The notes below the pieces were generated by a model. The model did no database searches and had not been told where the DNA came from. It saw only the letters and a program-made list of their open reading frames with translations. Below, piece by piece: positions 42,701-56,125 of a stretch of 64,000 nucleotides of DNA. This DNA comes from Lama glama (taxonomy: Eukaryota), in NCBI GenBank assembly GCA_028534125.1, contig CM052816.1, positions 96,722,001-96,786,000 of the forward strand, written 5' to 3'. The stretch's first letter is position 1; the number at the start of each line of letters is the position of its first letter. A program made the position numbers and the translations under genes.

Positions 42701-43513
42701 CTCAAGGAGAAAAAAAAAATACTGACACAAATTAGAATTCTAGATATAAGGGAAAATGTCTTTAATAGTTCCCAGTACAGAAGGAGATAACAACCTATTT
42801 TATAAATGTCGAAATTCCCAGGTGGATCCAGGAACTCCTGAAATAGACTCTGACACAGATCAGGGTCTGAAACCATCTCTAGGAGGGATACAGCCATAGA
42901 AGGGTCCCTGTGAGCCTGTGGCCCCAGATGATGCCGACCAGAAGGCAGACTGGCGCAATTTCTGTGTCTGAGTTGAAATAAATACATCATGACCTTTGGG
43001 CATTCAGTCCATTGCTTTACTGAAACATGAAGTCAACAGAAAAAGGCTCTTGCAGGTTTGATTACTTCTACAGTAATGCCTTTGGCACAATATCTCTATT
43101 TTTGCCAGCAGATAAAACTAGTTTAATTGTGCTAGGAACCTGGCTAAAGAAGTTTTTTAAATATTTAAAAGGGAAGTGTTGATTCCTGTTTTTAAAGCAC
43201 ATGAACAATTAGCAGAACTACTAAGATAATATTGCTTAGGTAATTCCAAGTTAATAATTAATGGAGATGAATCCTCAAAAAAAGTACACGATAAAATGAG
43301 CAGAGAATCTGGGGTAGATTAAACTATTTCCTAGCAAATTCTGACATTATTAAGACCAGCCAGGTCAGGCCTGTCAAGAATGCCTGTGCTTTATCTCATA
43401 ACACGGACTTTCTTCAAAGAATTCTACCATGATTTTAGGTTAATGGAAATCATAAAAAATCTTTATTGGAAGAGGAGGGGGTGTCATTTCTCATGTGAGG
43501 AAAGTAACAGTAC

Positions 43514-43627
43514 CCCATAAATCATTCTACCTTCATAATAAATTTGGGTAAATTTTACGTTATAAAGGTTTAAGCCAATACTATTGCAATATTTTGAGTT
43601 ACTGGCTGAAGCTTTATGAAATGATAG
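43514..43627 (-). pseudogene. Fossil exon, frameshifted (WL....LPKFI fragments)
   Basis: Acceptor ttcttccttag|, donor GGG|GTACTG. Confidence 0.5.
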
Positions 43628-45295
43628 CTAAGGAAGAATTGATATTTTAATTTTAATATTTTAATCTATTTTAAATGAGTTGCATCATTAAAAAATAGGG
43701 CTAACTGATACAATACTGTGAACTCACCTCCATATATTATTCAGATTATGACAACTAATGTCCATTTTCTGGTCCAAGATCCTGTCAAGGGTCTATGATG
43801 CATTCCATTGTTTTGTCTTTTTAGTCTCCTCTGGCAATCTGAGACAGATCCTCAGTTCCCAGGCATGTTTATAACGAAACTTGGTTTTATTTCTTCTAGG
43901 GAATACAAGGTTAAGAACTTAGGGTGTCACATCAGGAAATCTGGGGTTCTTAGCTCTCTCATTGTAGGATATTCCAGAAGGCATTTCATTTATAGGAACC
44001 CAAGTTTACATCATTTATTAAAATGATGGAGTTGGACAATATGAAAGGTTTTCAGACTTTATACTACCAAGGAAAATTTTTCATTATTTTTATTTTCCAC
44101 CATGAAAAGATATGATCTATTATCCAAACGGAAGTACTTGGATCATTTTGACAGTGCAATTGCAATAATACTTATAAAAGAGTGGCATATTCTTTATCAG
44201 ACATGCAAATGATAAATGAGTATTGGATAGAGTGATTACATGCGTCCAGGGAAAGAGAAAATGATAACCAAATGCAACATTTTTTTAACTTTCTAGAATA
44301 TGAACTCAAAGCTTAGTAAGTAATCCAACTTGATTACCTATTGCTGGAGACTTTTGGAGGAAAATAAGCAAATTATCTCTTTTTCTGAATGTTGTTTATG
44401 TGTTTATGTAGCCAGCATATGGTGAGCTATGTGCAACTAAAACTGCATTGAGATTATAGGCTTTGGAAATACTGTGTCTTTCTTCTACTTTGAGTAGATT
44501 TCTACACTTAATGTGTTCTTAAGAACATGATTTTGAAAATTAGTAACAAAATTCTATTTTAAAAATATTTTTAAGATACATTAAAGGTTAAATTGCATTC
44601 TACCTCAAGAAAATGACATTTTTACTGTATAAACTCTACTTCCAGATAACAAAATTCCTACGTTTTTAATAAATTATTTAACTATAACAGAGAAATGGTG
44701 ATCAGCATTACTGACAGATTCAGCCTGAAATGCATCCAACCAAATTCAAAACATCTACTAAACTGCTACCTTTGCTACGGTGTAGAAAGCTTCCTGTTAG
44801 AGCCTATGACTAGCAAGCTTGAAGCACTTAAATTACCTGTGAATTCATTTAAAATTCAGGTTGAAGTTTTCTCTTTAGGTAGATTTTCAGGGCCTTAGAA
44901 TGAAATGTATTAAAACTGAAAATGAGTAATTTTAGTATGCAAGTTCTGGAAATAAGTATAACTTCAATATAATTTATTTTATGTTAAATGATTCTTCAGG
45001 TTATAATTTATCATTATGTAACCTAGAACCTTTGCAAATTGTAATGTCTTTATTTACATAATTCATTATATTTATTAGTAACCGTTTTAAATCTTACATG
45101 ATAGACTTTTAAAGAGATTTTGAGTACTTATACAATCATCTTACTATACTCATGTTTTTCAGTGGAACATCAGTGGGACAATCAGAGAGATGCAGTGATC
45201 TATAAAATTATAGGGCTTTTCATTGTGGCAGAATTGGCTTCACACCCCAATTATTCTAATGTCCCCATCACATTTGTTCTTCAATAACATGCTAC

Positions 45296-45450
45296 CATCT
45301 TTAATGGAACAAATTGGTGGGGTTTTTTTCTTATTATCTCAAATAAACACAATAGACAGAATGTGTGAATAAGCTGATCACTTTTAGAGAAAACTGAAAG
45401 CTGCACTAATGGAAATGATGAAAAGCATTTTATATGAACCGAACTATTCT
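45296..45450 (-). pseudogene. Fossil exon ENSSVHIKCFSSFPLVQLSVFSKSDQLIHTFCLLCLFEIIRKKPHQFVPLKM (N-terminal module copy 3)
   Basis: Strong acceptor (poly-T then cccccag|), donor ATG|GTAGCA; 155 nt open frame; F..F..L.L.VFS...LFEI...P motif. Confidence 0.7.
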
Positions 45451-45879
45451 CTGGGGGAAAAAAAAACAACATATAAGTTGATTTCAGAAAAAAATAAATG
45501 AAAGAAAGAAAAATAAGTCATTGACTTTTTCCTCTTTCTGGAAATAGAAGGAATAAGAGTAGTGCAACCTCCCAGTGGCGATGTCGCAGTTTACAGCAGG
45601 CCAAGCTCAAGCAGAGCTCAGAGAGAAATGAGAAGCCTGAACGCTGTTGTCTTCCCAGCTGCAATTAGACTAAGGAACAAAAAGCTATTAACAGGAGAAT
45701 GACAACCTCTCGTTAGCGTCAGTCTTATAATTTCTGTTAGCTCTTAAATAATCCTGAAACTGATTGAAAAAGATCTGGAGAGAGAGGCATAATATTGTTC
45801 CTTATATAAAGAATAGGACCTTTTCTTTTGTGACCCATGAAAGGAATAGCATGTAATTTCATGCTTGTTTTTCCCTAAA

Positions 45880-46055
45880 CCAGTGGTTCTAGCATGTGGT
45901 CCGTAGACCAGCAGCGTGAGCACCACCTAGGAACCTGCTAGAATTCCCAGACCCCACCCAGACCTACTGAAGCAGAAATTCAAGGTACAGTTCCTGAAAT
46001 TATACTTTTAACAAGCCCTCTAAATTTGTGCCCACTACAGTTTGAGGACTAATGC
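45880..46055. mobile_element. MER5A-like hAT-Charlie element
   Basis: cagtggttct...gaccagcagc...ccccacccagacctactgaa...aacaagccctc...agtttgag. Confidence 0.8.
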
Positions 46056-47502
46056 CCATGTATCTATTTAAGCTTTCCTGAAAGCTGCATAAGATGAAAA
46101 TAAAACCATGCAGCTGCATTTCCTGCCTTTCGCATCCATGATGCTAACGTCTTCCTGCTTTTCTAATCTGTGTGCAGCAATCAAGCAGAAAGGCAGGCTA
46201 ACACCTTCTTCAACGTGGGAGTATTGGAATTTCTTCAGTGATGTCCTGGGTGAATCTTCAGGGTGTAAAGAAAATGAGTGTGAGACACAAGAGTGGTTAT
46301 ACCACTGGAAACATTGTCTAGAATCCAGGGCTTTCTAGGGCTTTTCTGTGAGTGTCATCCTCCCCACTCACCAGTGGTCCATGAGGCAGATCATTTTAAT
46401 CCAACACAGACTAAAGGGACTTGAATTCAAAAGTAATTGTAGCCCTGTTGGTAACAGGCCTGAGATTTGTGTGACAAGAGGAGCAGCTCACGCACTAATG
46501 TTCGTCCTCCTGATGCTGTGCAGTTGCAGTTATCTGCCTCCTAGTTAGGGTTTGTCGTGATTTTCTCCTCCATCTCCTGCCTAAGGGTTTGGTTTCCTTG
46601 GTAACGTCTCTCTCCTTCATTCCTGGGAAACACATTGCTTTTTCTTAGTGTCCCTGTGAAGGAACTGCAGAGAATAGAGCGAGTTCAGGTTTATCTTGAT
46701 GAGACCATGGGTAGAGACTCATCGGATGGAGGAAGTCAATCTAGAAAGAAAAATTTCAACAGCACCAAATGAAAAATAAGCTACTCCGCCTCTTGATTCC
46801 TAATGGAATATGAAGGTACAAATTCCAGTCTACTTGCACAAAATAAACAAACAAACAAACCAGGTCATATACTTTGTCTTTTTTGATATAGATCTCAAAA
46901 ATTTAGAAATAAAATGGAAGAAATGGTTGATATCATATTCTTGACAGAACTAAGACAGAATAAGTAAAAAGACACCTAAATTTTCCTTTGTCTTTCAGAT
47001 TCCAGTTATCCAAACTTCCCAGGGATAACTAGTGGATTATGAGCCAGGCTAGTCAAGTTTATAGAAGAAATTTTTTAAAAATCTTCAAAGTATGTGCTAT
47101 CACTCATTGTTACGGGCAGTAAGAAGGGCAAGTGGGCTAAAGGAGCTACCAGAGCAAATGCTAAAAGAAGAACCACTGGCCATCAGGCAAAAAGACCACT
47201 GAGAAGCAGGGGCACCTTGGGAAGGGGGCTACCTTGAGGCACAGGAGTGGAGTCTGCGGGATGAGGAAGGGGACCAGTAGCCTCTCTCTTCTTCCTGCTT
47301 CCTGCACATCTCACATCCTCTGGAAAGCAGTTCCATGAACACATTTTCATTTCTTTGGATTCAGATCTGTGACCCCCTCAAGGCTCATGTAACCAACTCG
47401 CCAGAAGGTATGACTTCTGCTCAAGTAGCTTGAGACCTAAGGAAAAGCCACTTTTCTGAATCCAGATGAGGTGAAGTCCTGGGAGTAATCCTGGAAACAC
47501 AA

Positions 47503-47544
47503 TATATCAGCTTAACTTCTCCAGACAAACAGAACCAAGAGAAA

Positions 47545-47583
<39 letters not shown>

Positions 47584-48088
47584 CATAGATAGATACATAG
47601 ATAGATACATAGATAGATACATAGATAGATACATAGATAGATACATAGATAGACAGACAGATGATTAGGTAGGTGGATGGTATTCAGATAAGGATTGACT
47701 TTAAGGAATTGGCTCATGGGATTGTGGAGGCTGGCTAGTCCACAGCCATAAGGCAGCTGGTAAGCTGGAAACTCGGGCAGAAGTTGCTGCTGCAGTCCTG
47801 AGTCTGAAATCCATAGGATCCAGAATACGAAACTCAGGCAAGATTTCTATGTTACAGCCTAGAGTCAGAATCCCATTTTTAGAGGAAATTTCGGGTTTTG
47901 CTACTAAAGCCTGCAACCGATTAGGTGAGGCTCACCACATTATGAGGGTAATCTCTTTCACTTAAGTCACTTGACTTTAAATGTTAATCACATCTATAAA
48001 CTACCTACAGAACAACATCCAGACTAACATTTGACAAAAAAACTAGGCTCCCCAGCCTGGTCAAGCTGACACATAATATCAACCATCG
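47503..48088 (-). mobile_element. MLT2-type LTR with internal GATA microsatellite
   Basis: ttctccagacaaacagaacca, aggaattggctcatgggattgtggaggctg, caagctgacacataatatcaaccatc. Confidence 0.85.
47545..47660. repeat. Compound (GATA)n/(GATAGATACATA)n microsatellite
   Basis: Direct reading. Confidence 0.95.
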
Positions 48089-48688
48089 CACAGGGTCAAA
48101 TCTTCGACTACGGACTTCCCCGTGATTCTGGAGGCCCTGCTGCCAGATACCAGCGACAATGCCCCGGGATGTGGTTTCAGCAGAGGGGAGTTCCGCTGCG
48201 GTGAACACAGAGCAGGCAGGGTTTGGATCAACACTTATGCAGGCAGGGAGGCAGTCCACGCTATCCTCCAGCTGAAGAACAATTTGAGATCTTCTTATAC
48301 TTCAGCAGTTACTTAGAAGTTATGCTGTATTTCATGTAGTTTTGTGCTTTGAGTGTGATGCACTTTTGATTTTACTGAAGTGACCATTTTTGCCGTCAAA
48401 ATTTTTTTGACAGAAAAAAAGTCGTTTTCAGCTAATTCCTTGTATTTTTTAACTTCCTATACTTTTACCCTTTTGTTTGGAACCGTACTAACTTTTTAAA
48501 AAGTTTCTACTGTAAATGGACTAGTTTATTCATACTGGAAACACAGGTTTCTTGAAAACCTTTATGTTTTTCATTCAGTTATAATTGCTTGTTTTTCTCT
48601 TGTAATATTTGTCTCCTGGTCCCCCAGACTTTCAGTGGTGCTGTCTTTTCTATTGAGTGCCCCCTCCCCCACCTTCTTCCCTTCAGTC

Positions 48689-49188
48689 NNNNNNNNNNNN
48701 NNNNNNNNNNNNNNNNNNNNNNNNNNNNNNNNNNNNNNNNNNNNNNNNNNNNNNNNNNNNNNNNNNNNNNNNNNNNNNNNNNNNNNNNNNNNNNNNNNNN
48801 NNNNNNNNNNNNNNNNNNNNNNNNNNNNNNNNNNNNNNNNNNNNNNNNNNNNNNNNNNNNNNNNNNNNNNNNNNNNNNNNNNNNNNNNNNNNNNNNNNNN
48901 NNNNNNNNNNNNNNNNNNNNNNNNNNNNNNNNNNNNNNNNNNNNNNNNNNNNNNNNNNNNNNNNNNNNNNNNNNNNNNNNNNNNNNNNNNNNNNNNNNNN
49001 NNNNNNNNNNNNNNNNNNNNNNNNNNNNNNNNNNNNNNNNNNNNNNNNNNNNNNNNNNNNNNNNNNNNNNNNNNNNNNNNNNNNNNNNNNNNNNNNNNNN
49101 NNNNNNNNNNNNNNNNNNNNNNNNNNNNNNNNNNNNNNNNNNNNNNNNNNNNNNNNNNNNNNNNNNNNNNNNNNNNNNNNNNNNNNNN
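48689..49188. other. Assembly gap (500 N)
   Basis: Run of N. Confidence 1.
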
Positions 49189-49340
49189 TTTTTTTAACAT
49201 TCTTTATTGATTTATAATCATTTTCCAATGTTGTGTCAAATTCCAGTGTAGAGCACAATTTTTCAGTTACACATCTCATATGGTATTTTTCTTTCTCTTT
49301 CTGGCTTACTTCACTTAGAATGACATTCTCCAGGAACATC
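49189..49340 (-). mobile_element. Young lineage-specific L1 3' end with internal deletion
   Basis: Poly-T next to gap, then aatgttgtgtcaaattccagtgtagagcacaatttttcagtta joined directly to ctcatatggtattttt...tcacttagaatgacattctcc. Confidence 0.8.
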
Positions 49341-50182
49341 ATAATTTTTTTATTAGAGATTCACTGGCTCCCATTGGGGCTACCTGAATTCTTTTATGTT
49401 CCCTAAAATTTAAGAGCCTAAAAAAATTTGGAGTCTAATATGCAGCATGAAAAACTTACTCTGGTCCTTCCTTTAACTTTAGCAACCAAAGAATTACATC
49501 TTCAACACTAACAACATACACACACGTGGACACAGGCCAACCTGATGCATTTAAACCGGTTACCCCCATGTGGCTCCCTCTCTACTTTCTCTTTTTACCT
49601 GCTCAATACCCAGTACCTGGGAGGAGAAGTCAAACCTTATGTGACCATAAGCACTTACCAGCAGCATGTAAGTCAAAGATTTGAGTGCTTGTCAAAAAAG
49701 CTTCAAAATGCAGAAGAAATTTAATTCCCCTTCCTCACTGACCTCTTCCTCATACCCAACTTACACCCTCTTTACTTTTGTGTTTTTCTCCATTCTCACA
49801 AAAATCTGATGAAAACCTTTTTATATTTAATGTGAGAGCTTTCAGAGCTGGGCTGGCAAGAGCGCAGCTGTAAACTGCTATTCCTGGAACTGCCAGGTGT
49901 ACAAGAGGCCCTGCACCTGAAAGCCTGCTGTTTCCTTCAACCTATTTGGGCTCTAACACTCTTCTTTGAATGCAGAGTGTATTTCATCCACCTCACAGGT
50001 TACATTGGCTTTTGCTTGTTAACCATGCAGCAAACTGTCATTTACAATTTTTCACTTATTGAGGAAGACATTCTGCACACCAAATAGTAAACTTACAAAT
50101 GCATTTGAGAGCTCAGCTTGCTTGAATATTAAAGAAAAAATGCATAATTTACTGCTGCAAGACACCACTTGTTGGGGAGCCA

Positions 50183-50705
50183 GGAATCCCACTCCTGGGC
50201 ATACATCCAGAAGGAATCCTACTTCAAAATGACACCTGCACCCCAATGTTCATAGCAGCACTATTTACAATAGCCAAGACATGGAAACAGCCTAAATGTC
50301 CATTGACAGATGACTGGATAAAGAAAATGTGGTTTATTTATATAATGGAATACTATTCAGCCATTAAAAATGACAACATAATGCCATTTGCAGCAACAGG
50401 ATGTCCCTGGAGAATGTCATTCTAAGTGAAGTAAGCCAGAAAGAGAAAGAAAAATACCATATGAGATCGCTCATATGTGGAATCTGGAAAAAAAAAAAGA
50501 ACATAAATACAAAACAGAAACAGACTCATAGATATAGAATACAAACTTGTGGTTGCCAGTGGGAAAAGGAGTGGGAGGGACAGGCTGGGAGTTCGAAATT
50601 TGTAGATATGGACAGGCGTATGTAGAATAGATAAACAAGATTATACTGTATAGCACAGGGAAATATATATATAAAATCTTGTGATAGCTCACAGCAAAAT
50701 GCAAT
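50183..50705 (+). mobile_element. Young lineage-specific L1 ORF2 end and 3' UTR fragment
   Basis: cccactcctgggcatacatccag...MSLENVILSEVSQKEKEKYHM; lacks the terminal part and polyA. Confidence 0.9.
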
Positions 50706-51979
50706 GAGAAGGTTGATATAAGATTGGAGGTCTGGGAAGTCTTTCTCAGGGAGTCGCAGAGACTGGGTGAGAAGTCAGTAGTAAGCAGGATTTCAGCAGG
50801 CAAAGCGGGAATGGGAAGACATTTTCAGCAGGAGGAACGGCACGTGTAAATGCCCTGCACCTGGCACACTGAGAACCCCAGAGAGCCCAGGAAGCAGGGA
50901 CCTGGAGAAGGACATCAGGGAGATGCCCTGGGGCCTCTTTAGGGATTTTTGTCTTTATTCCAAGAACATTGAGAGAGAGTGGAAGTATCTTAGAAAAAGA
51001 CGTAACACAAGTGTTTAGAGAGGACAGCAGAGAGAATAAGAGCAAGCACTTTGTAGGCACATATACCTGGTGGGTATCCGATCAGATACAACGCATGACA
51101 AGTTCACCACCTTTAGCCTCAGTTTTCTCATTTGTTTAATGATACCAATGGTACCTCCCTCATTTGGTTGTTAATGAAAGGAAACAATTTGTGTGTAGTT
51201 CTGAAACACTGCTGATCACAATAAACACTTGATAAACATTAACAAAATTATTATTTCCAGAAAAGGTCCCCGACTAAGTACAAATCCAGTGCTCGTATGG
51301 CATAGACACAAGGCTGCTTTCTTTCTGTGTAGACCCTAAGATAGCTAAGAATAGTTTAAATCTCCCATTTCTATCTGGTATAGAAATAGTTGATAGCAAA
51401 CCAAATACTCTAAACTTATTCCTTCTTTTAAATCAGAATTAAAATAAATTTACCGTTTTATGGTAAGCAATCAGTCTTATCCCATCACTTCACTGTAACT
51501 GGTTGACTTGAAATATGTTGGTTAAAATCAAAACAGACAACAAAGATTCTTGCTGTGGATGAGACATGTCAAGTTGGACCTTGTAATGGCCGTGTGCCTG
51601 AGAAAAGCCACATCATAACTCCTGAACCACGAGCTCAGTAGTTGGCAAAGATGAGTTGGCAAACAAACTGGATTTTTTGCTCAGTTTTATCACATAAAAA
51701 AGAATGTAATATTTGGGGTGAGTAGATACTTTAAGTATTGGGGACTATCTTCTAATAATTTGTGTTCTTTGTCTATACATTTTTATTTGCTTAATTTTGA
51801 TATCTCAGGGGAATTCTAAATTGAATAAAATTACCCAAAGTATTTTTCAACCTAATTACAAATGACTCACTTCAATTCCAGCTTACATTCTTGAGTAATG
51901 AACAAAGGATAACTTATAATAATTCATAATTAATTACATACATGTTGGAGTAGAAGTTTTAGCTTTTTGAAATACTCAC

Positions 51980-52089
51980 CTATTATTGAAAATATTCCCA
52001 ATTTAAAGGCAGCTGTTTTATCTTTACTCCCTCACACTTTCCACTTTCTGACTTTTAACACTTTTACACCTCTGTCCCCTGGATCAAAT
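51980..52089 (-). pseudogene. Fossil exon ...VRE*R*NSCL*IGNIFNN(R)
   Basis: Acceptor ctttccttaag|, strong donor TAG|GTGAGT; 110 nt (phase 0 to 2); position and spacing like recalled RGS22 WIKKERLPAFLESDCYFEYR. Confidence 0.6.
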
Positions 52090-52100
52090 CTTAAGGAAAG

Positions 52101-52597
52101 TGTGGACAGGAGATGCTGCCTGCCATTGCAGTAAATACAGAACACTGCCATCATCCCAGTTCTATAAGGATGAAGCCATTAGCCACTGCAGCCTCCCACC
52201 AATGGTGAGCCCTGAGGGGAATTCAGGATGGAGAAAAAAGGAAGCAGTCTCTGCTTCAGATACTCAGCCCAGGGTAGCTAAGATGCATACTAAGGAATCA
52301 TTTTAATGAACCCAGATCCTTGCATCCTCCCACATATAGAAAAGTACCAAAGTCATTACCTTGAGATATCTGTTCTTTGTGATTAGCAGTAGTCTTTTGT
52401 TGTTCAACTACATGTTTGTTTGATTTTTTTCCCCCTGCAAAAAAAAAACTCCTATATATCCTGGCTCCTCCTTTAACCTCTTTGAAGCAGTTTCTTAGAG
52501 TTATCTGAGAGGCTGTCTGCCAGGCTAGAGTCTGCAGTGAGATCTTCGAAAAAAACTAACTGTCAGGTTTAAGTTGTGTATTTTTCTTCAGTCAACA
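52101..52597 (+). mobile_element. ERV1-type solo LTR
   Basis: TG...CA termini (tgtgga...gtcaaca), TATA-like cctatata, near-match 4-bp flanks aaag/aatg. Confidence 0.75.
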
Positions 52598-52637
52598 AAT
52601 GCATCGTAGTCTCATTGACCATTCTTGTCTGCTGCAG

Positions 52638-53184
52638 TGTTACCCCAAAAGGAGGAAGGACAAGACCCCAGTTCTTGTCATATTCGAAAGATAAGAATTC
52701 AGACGGGAGGCAGAGCATTGTGGAGTGAAAGGGTTTAAAGGATTTATTAGCAAAGGGAAAGTACAACTCCAAGAGCGGAGGCGGGCTGAGCCAAGGGAGG
52801 AGAGCAGTGGTCTTTGTTTGCCCTTGTCTCACACCCTTGCTTGGAGGGCTCTTTTAATTGATTGACGGCTCTTGCCCCTGGAGGCTTAGTCATTTTTGTC
52901 CCTTTGGCACATGTCCTTACCCATGACACACACAGAAAAACCCATGGCAGAGTGCTAAACTGCAATGCTAATTATATTACAATGAGCATTGGGTCATGTC
53001 CAGTTTTTTCCTTTCTGTTACTGCCCAGTTGTGGCCATCAGGTTCTAACTGGTTTCTTGCTGGCGCTCATTTAGAGGAAGTAAAGCCCCTTAATGCTGAA
53101 GGTGGGCATAGCAACATCTTGCAGACCATCCTCCCTCTCCTCCACCTTATCTGCCTGGTTTCCCCACTTATTACCTACCTAACA
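52638..53184 (-). mobile_element. ERV solo LTR
   Basis: tgtta...taaca termini, minus-strand AATAAA at about 52745. Confidence 0.8.
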
Positions 53185-53325
53185 GTGGTATTTATTTTTA
53201 ATGGCAAATAAAAAAATAAACTTTTTTGTCCTTTGATTTATTCACAAAACTACTGTAATGATAATATTCCAGAATTTTAAGTGTAGAATGTCGTGTGTTT
53301 GCCTCAAGTCTTTCCTTTGCGTCAC

Positions 53326-53516
53326 CTTATGGGACTCTGTTAAAATTAAAATGTCAGCATAGATATTCATAGATGTTACTCTAGAGGCATCCGTCTTTGA
53401 CTTTCTTTGTTGTCCTTTTTATATAACACCATGTTCTGTGATTCGGGCAAAGTCACAAACTGCTTCAGTCAAGGGCAAGAGTCTGATTGACATGAAAAAG
53501 AACCAAAACTTTGAGT
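53326..53516 (-). pseudogene. Fossil exon DSKFWFFFMSIRLLPLTEAVCDFARITEHGVI*...ILTESHK (N-terminal module copy 2)
   Basis: Acceptor attttccag|, donor AAG|GTGACG; 191 nt (phase 1 to 0) with one stop; resembles recalled RGS22 DDFLVDYFNEFLSLPTFSEAIRF. Confidence 0.7.
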
Positions 53517-53731
53517 CTGGAAAATTTATTAATTCAATACCATCAATAAGCACTCGAAGTGAGATAAGATATACTTTTATTTTTTTAAATCTCATTTAAG
53601 AAAATCTTACGGAAAATAGCTACAATATATGGCTCTATTGCATAAGCACAGTGCTGTGCGCATGACGTAAACTCAGTAACTATTTGGTAAACATTTAATA
53701 AACATTGGCGTGACAGAGAGTTAAGTGCTCA

Positions 53732-54470
53732 CGTTACTGAACCGAACTTGGGTCCACTCACCAGCCATGCAGCAAAGCCGATCTTCTGACACTGGGTTGT
53801 GGTGAAGGGAAGTACAGCCCCATACAAAGAGTATGCAGGGGCAGCTTGTGCTCAAAAGATCTGAACTCCCCAGTGGTTTTCAGGGAAGGATTGTTAAAGC
53901 AACATTTGGGGTGAGGGTTGCAGGATACATGACTTTCTCCTGACTGGTTGGTGATGAGGTAACAGGTGATGTTGCAGGGATCTTAATCATCAGCCTTCTG
54001 GTTCCAACCAGCCTGGAGCCTCCGTGCTTGTGCTCAGCATGTAGTCACCATCGTCCACACGGGTGGGGGTCTTAGTTCCTGCAGAACAACTCAAAGACGT
54101 GTGTCAGAATGTTGTGTATATTCCTAGGGCTCTGTTTTATCGCTGAACTATTGTTATTACTTTCCATCTTTCACTGCTTTTGCTTTGTTTCTGTACCCTC
54201 CCACTTCCCTAATTAGTAACTGCTTGTGTCTGCTCTTTGGAACTCAGGGAAGGCCTAGGAGTCAAATAAGAAATGGGGACAATAAAGGGATTTTGTTATC
54301 AGGAGGACCCCACAGGGTCCTGCTTCATTTCAGTCCCCCCCCATTTCTTTGATACTCATAAATCTTGAAGGAAACAAGGAGAGAAAAAGAAAGGGAATAA
54401 AGTTTTAGATAGAGAGATTAATCATAAATTTGCAGGGGAACCTGGTTTTGGGGGGACTTGGTTCCAACCA
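53732..54470 (-). mobile_element. ERV 3' LTR with polypurine tract and short internal remnant
   Basis: Minus strand AAAGAAATGGGGGGGAC directly precedes TGAAATG at about 54332; LTR ends about 53732. Confidence 0.75.
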
Positions 54471-54551
54471 CAGGAAGGAGGGGTAAGTAGAGAATGTTCT
54501 ATGTAAGGCAGAGCTGAGCCCCGCCAGGAGAGAGTGTTGGTGTTTTCCTAC

Positions 54552-54674
54552 CTAGAGCTGGGCACAGGGATGTTTCAGAAAGAGGAAGAAATGGCATCCA
54601 TCAAACATTCTTTCATTGCTGATTGTCCCGTGGATCCATTCTATCAAGCATATTAGTTACTTGGCTACTATGTC
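54552..54674 (-). pseudogene. Fossil exon
   Basis: Acceptor ctgtatttag|, donor TAG|GTAGGA; ends phase 1 in the frame that joins 53516. Confidence 0.45.
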
Positions 54675-55208
54675 CTAAATACAGTGCTTGAGTTGGGGAA
54701 ACAGAGTCCTGTGAAATGACCCCAGGCCTCATGTTGCAAATTAACTGGCTCAAGTGGTCTATGGTCATTCCACTAATTTCCCTGATCGCACCTGGCCCAC
54801 CCATGGGCGGTGATTGGACGACGGGCAGCAGGGCACTTCCCCAGAGCCCCGGGGTGCAAAGGAGAGACTTGAAGCAGCAGGCACAGGAAGTGGCTTGGCT
54901 TGCGCCCTTCGCCCTGGTTCTCTAATAAGTCTGATCGCATTTCCTTTTAAACATTACCCAAAAAAAAGCTCAAAAATTCTCAACACCTTACAGCCTCATT
55001 TCTTATTTTCCCCAGTATGGTTGTGAATTTTACACACACACACCCCTTATCATCTCAGTGGGATTTTGTGTAGGAAGAGCCATGTTTCCCACCTACTAGC
55101 TTGAACTAGAAGGAGGCTATTGATTTTGAAATGTGTGTTTTGAAGTCTTCTGTCTCACTCAGTTCACTTCTTGTCCGCAATAGTTTTACATTTAAATATT
55201 TTGCTTAC

Positions 55209-55305
55209 TTCAGATTACCAAAATATTATGTGTATACAGTGATAACCTCACTATATTTCTTCCAATATAATACTTCAAGATGTGTTTTATTTTTAATCAT
55301 ATTGG
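55209..55305 (-). pseudogene. Fossil exon ANMIKNKTHLEVLYWKKYS...
   Basis: Acceptor atgttag|, donor GAA|GTAAGC; phase-1 start, phase-2 end; W...RL motif appears after a frameshift. Confidence 0.55.
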
Positions 55306-55689
55306 CTAACATTTCCAGAGAAGCACATTAGTGATGTTCGAGAGGGAAACTTAAAATCATAGTAAGATCTCATTCTATTCCGATTTTGCATAAAAACAGA
55401 AAACAGAAATGGATATCAAGTCTTTCCAAGTGGACTTTGTAGATGATCTCTTAGATTTGCTCCTTTTCCCTGATAATATGTTATTATACCATTATATTCC
55501 TGGAATAGATGCTAGTTAGGTGTTGTAAATTATTGTTCGCTGTATATATAAGTTCATTTGCTAGAATTTTATTTAACATTTTTATCTCTGTTAATAAATG
55601 AGATTGTAAGTTTATTTTGTGCTACCTTTGCAAAATTTGTATTGCATTTATTGTAGTTAAAAGAATTAACTAATGTTATGATTTACGTT

Positions 55690-56125
55690 GTTATGCCAGA
55701 TACCTCCTTATAGATGAAAACTTGAGAAGAATGGAGAGAAAGGCATTCTTAGGAGTCCACGAATTTCACTCATATGGGCAATGCCATGAACAGGCTGATA
55801 AAACTGCCCACTGCAGCTCACTGCAACCACACACTATCTTTTATAAGAAGGAAGGCTTATTCATGGAGCAGAACCAAGAACACAAGAAGTAGGGCTGAGG
55901 TTCACAGAGCAATAGTCCCAGGCTTTGAAACCTAATCAAGAAACTCCTGACATTTGCCTGCCTGGGTTTCAGACCTGCTGTAGCCTGGTGGTTGCCTTAA
56001 CCTCCCATTTGCCCTGTGGGAATTGTCCTGTCTGTAATAATGTAGGACTGTCACCCTAAACTCTTCCCACTACCGCAGTTCACAGGTCCATGCATAGGGA
56101 GGGGTTTTGCCCCAGGAGCTGTATT
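55690..56125 (+). mobile_element. MaLR internal-region fragment
   Basis: ggctttgaaacctaat...tttgcctgcctgggtttcagac...ttcacaggtcca pattern. Confidence 0.55.

Noticed and set aside
48571..49342. Five long ORFs of 186-219 aa
   Set aside because: Artefacts of the N gap; the real residues at one end are L1-derived.
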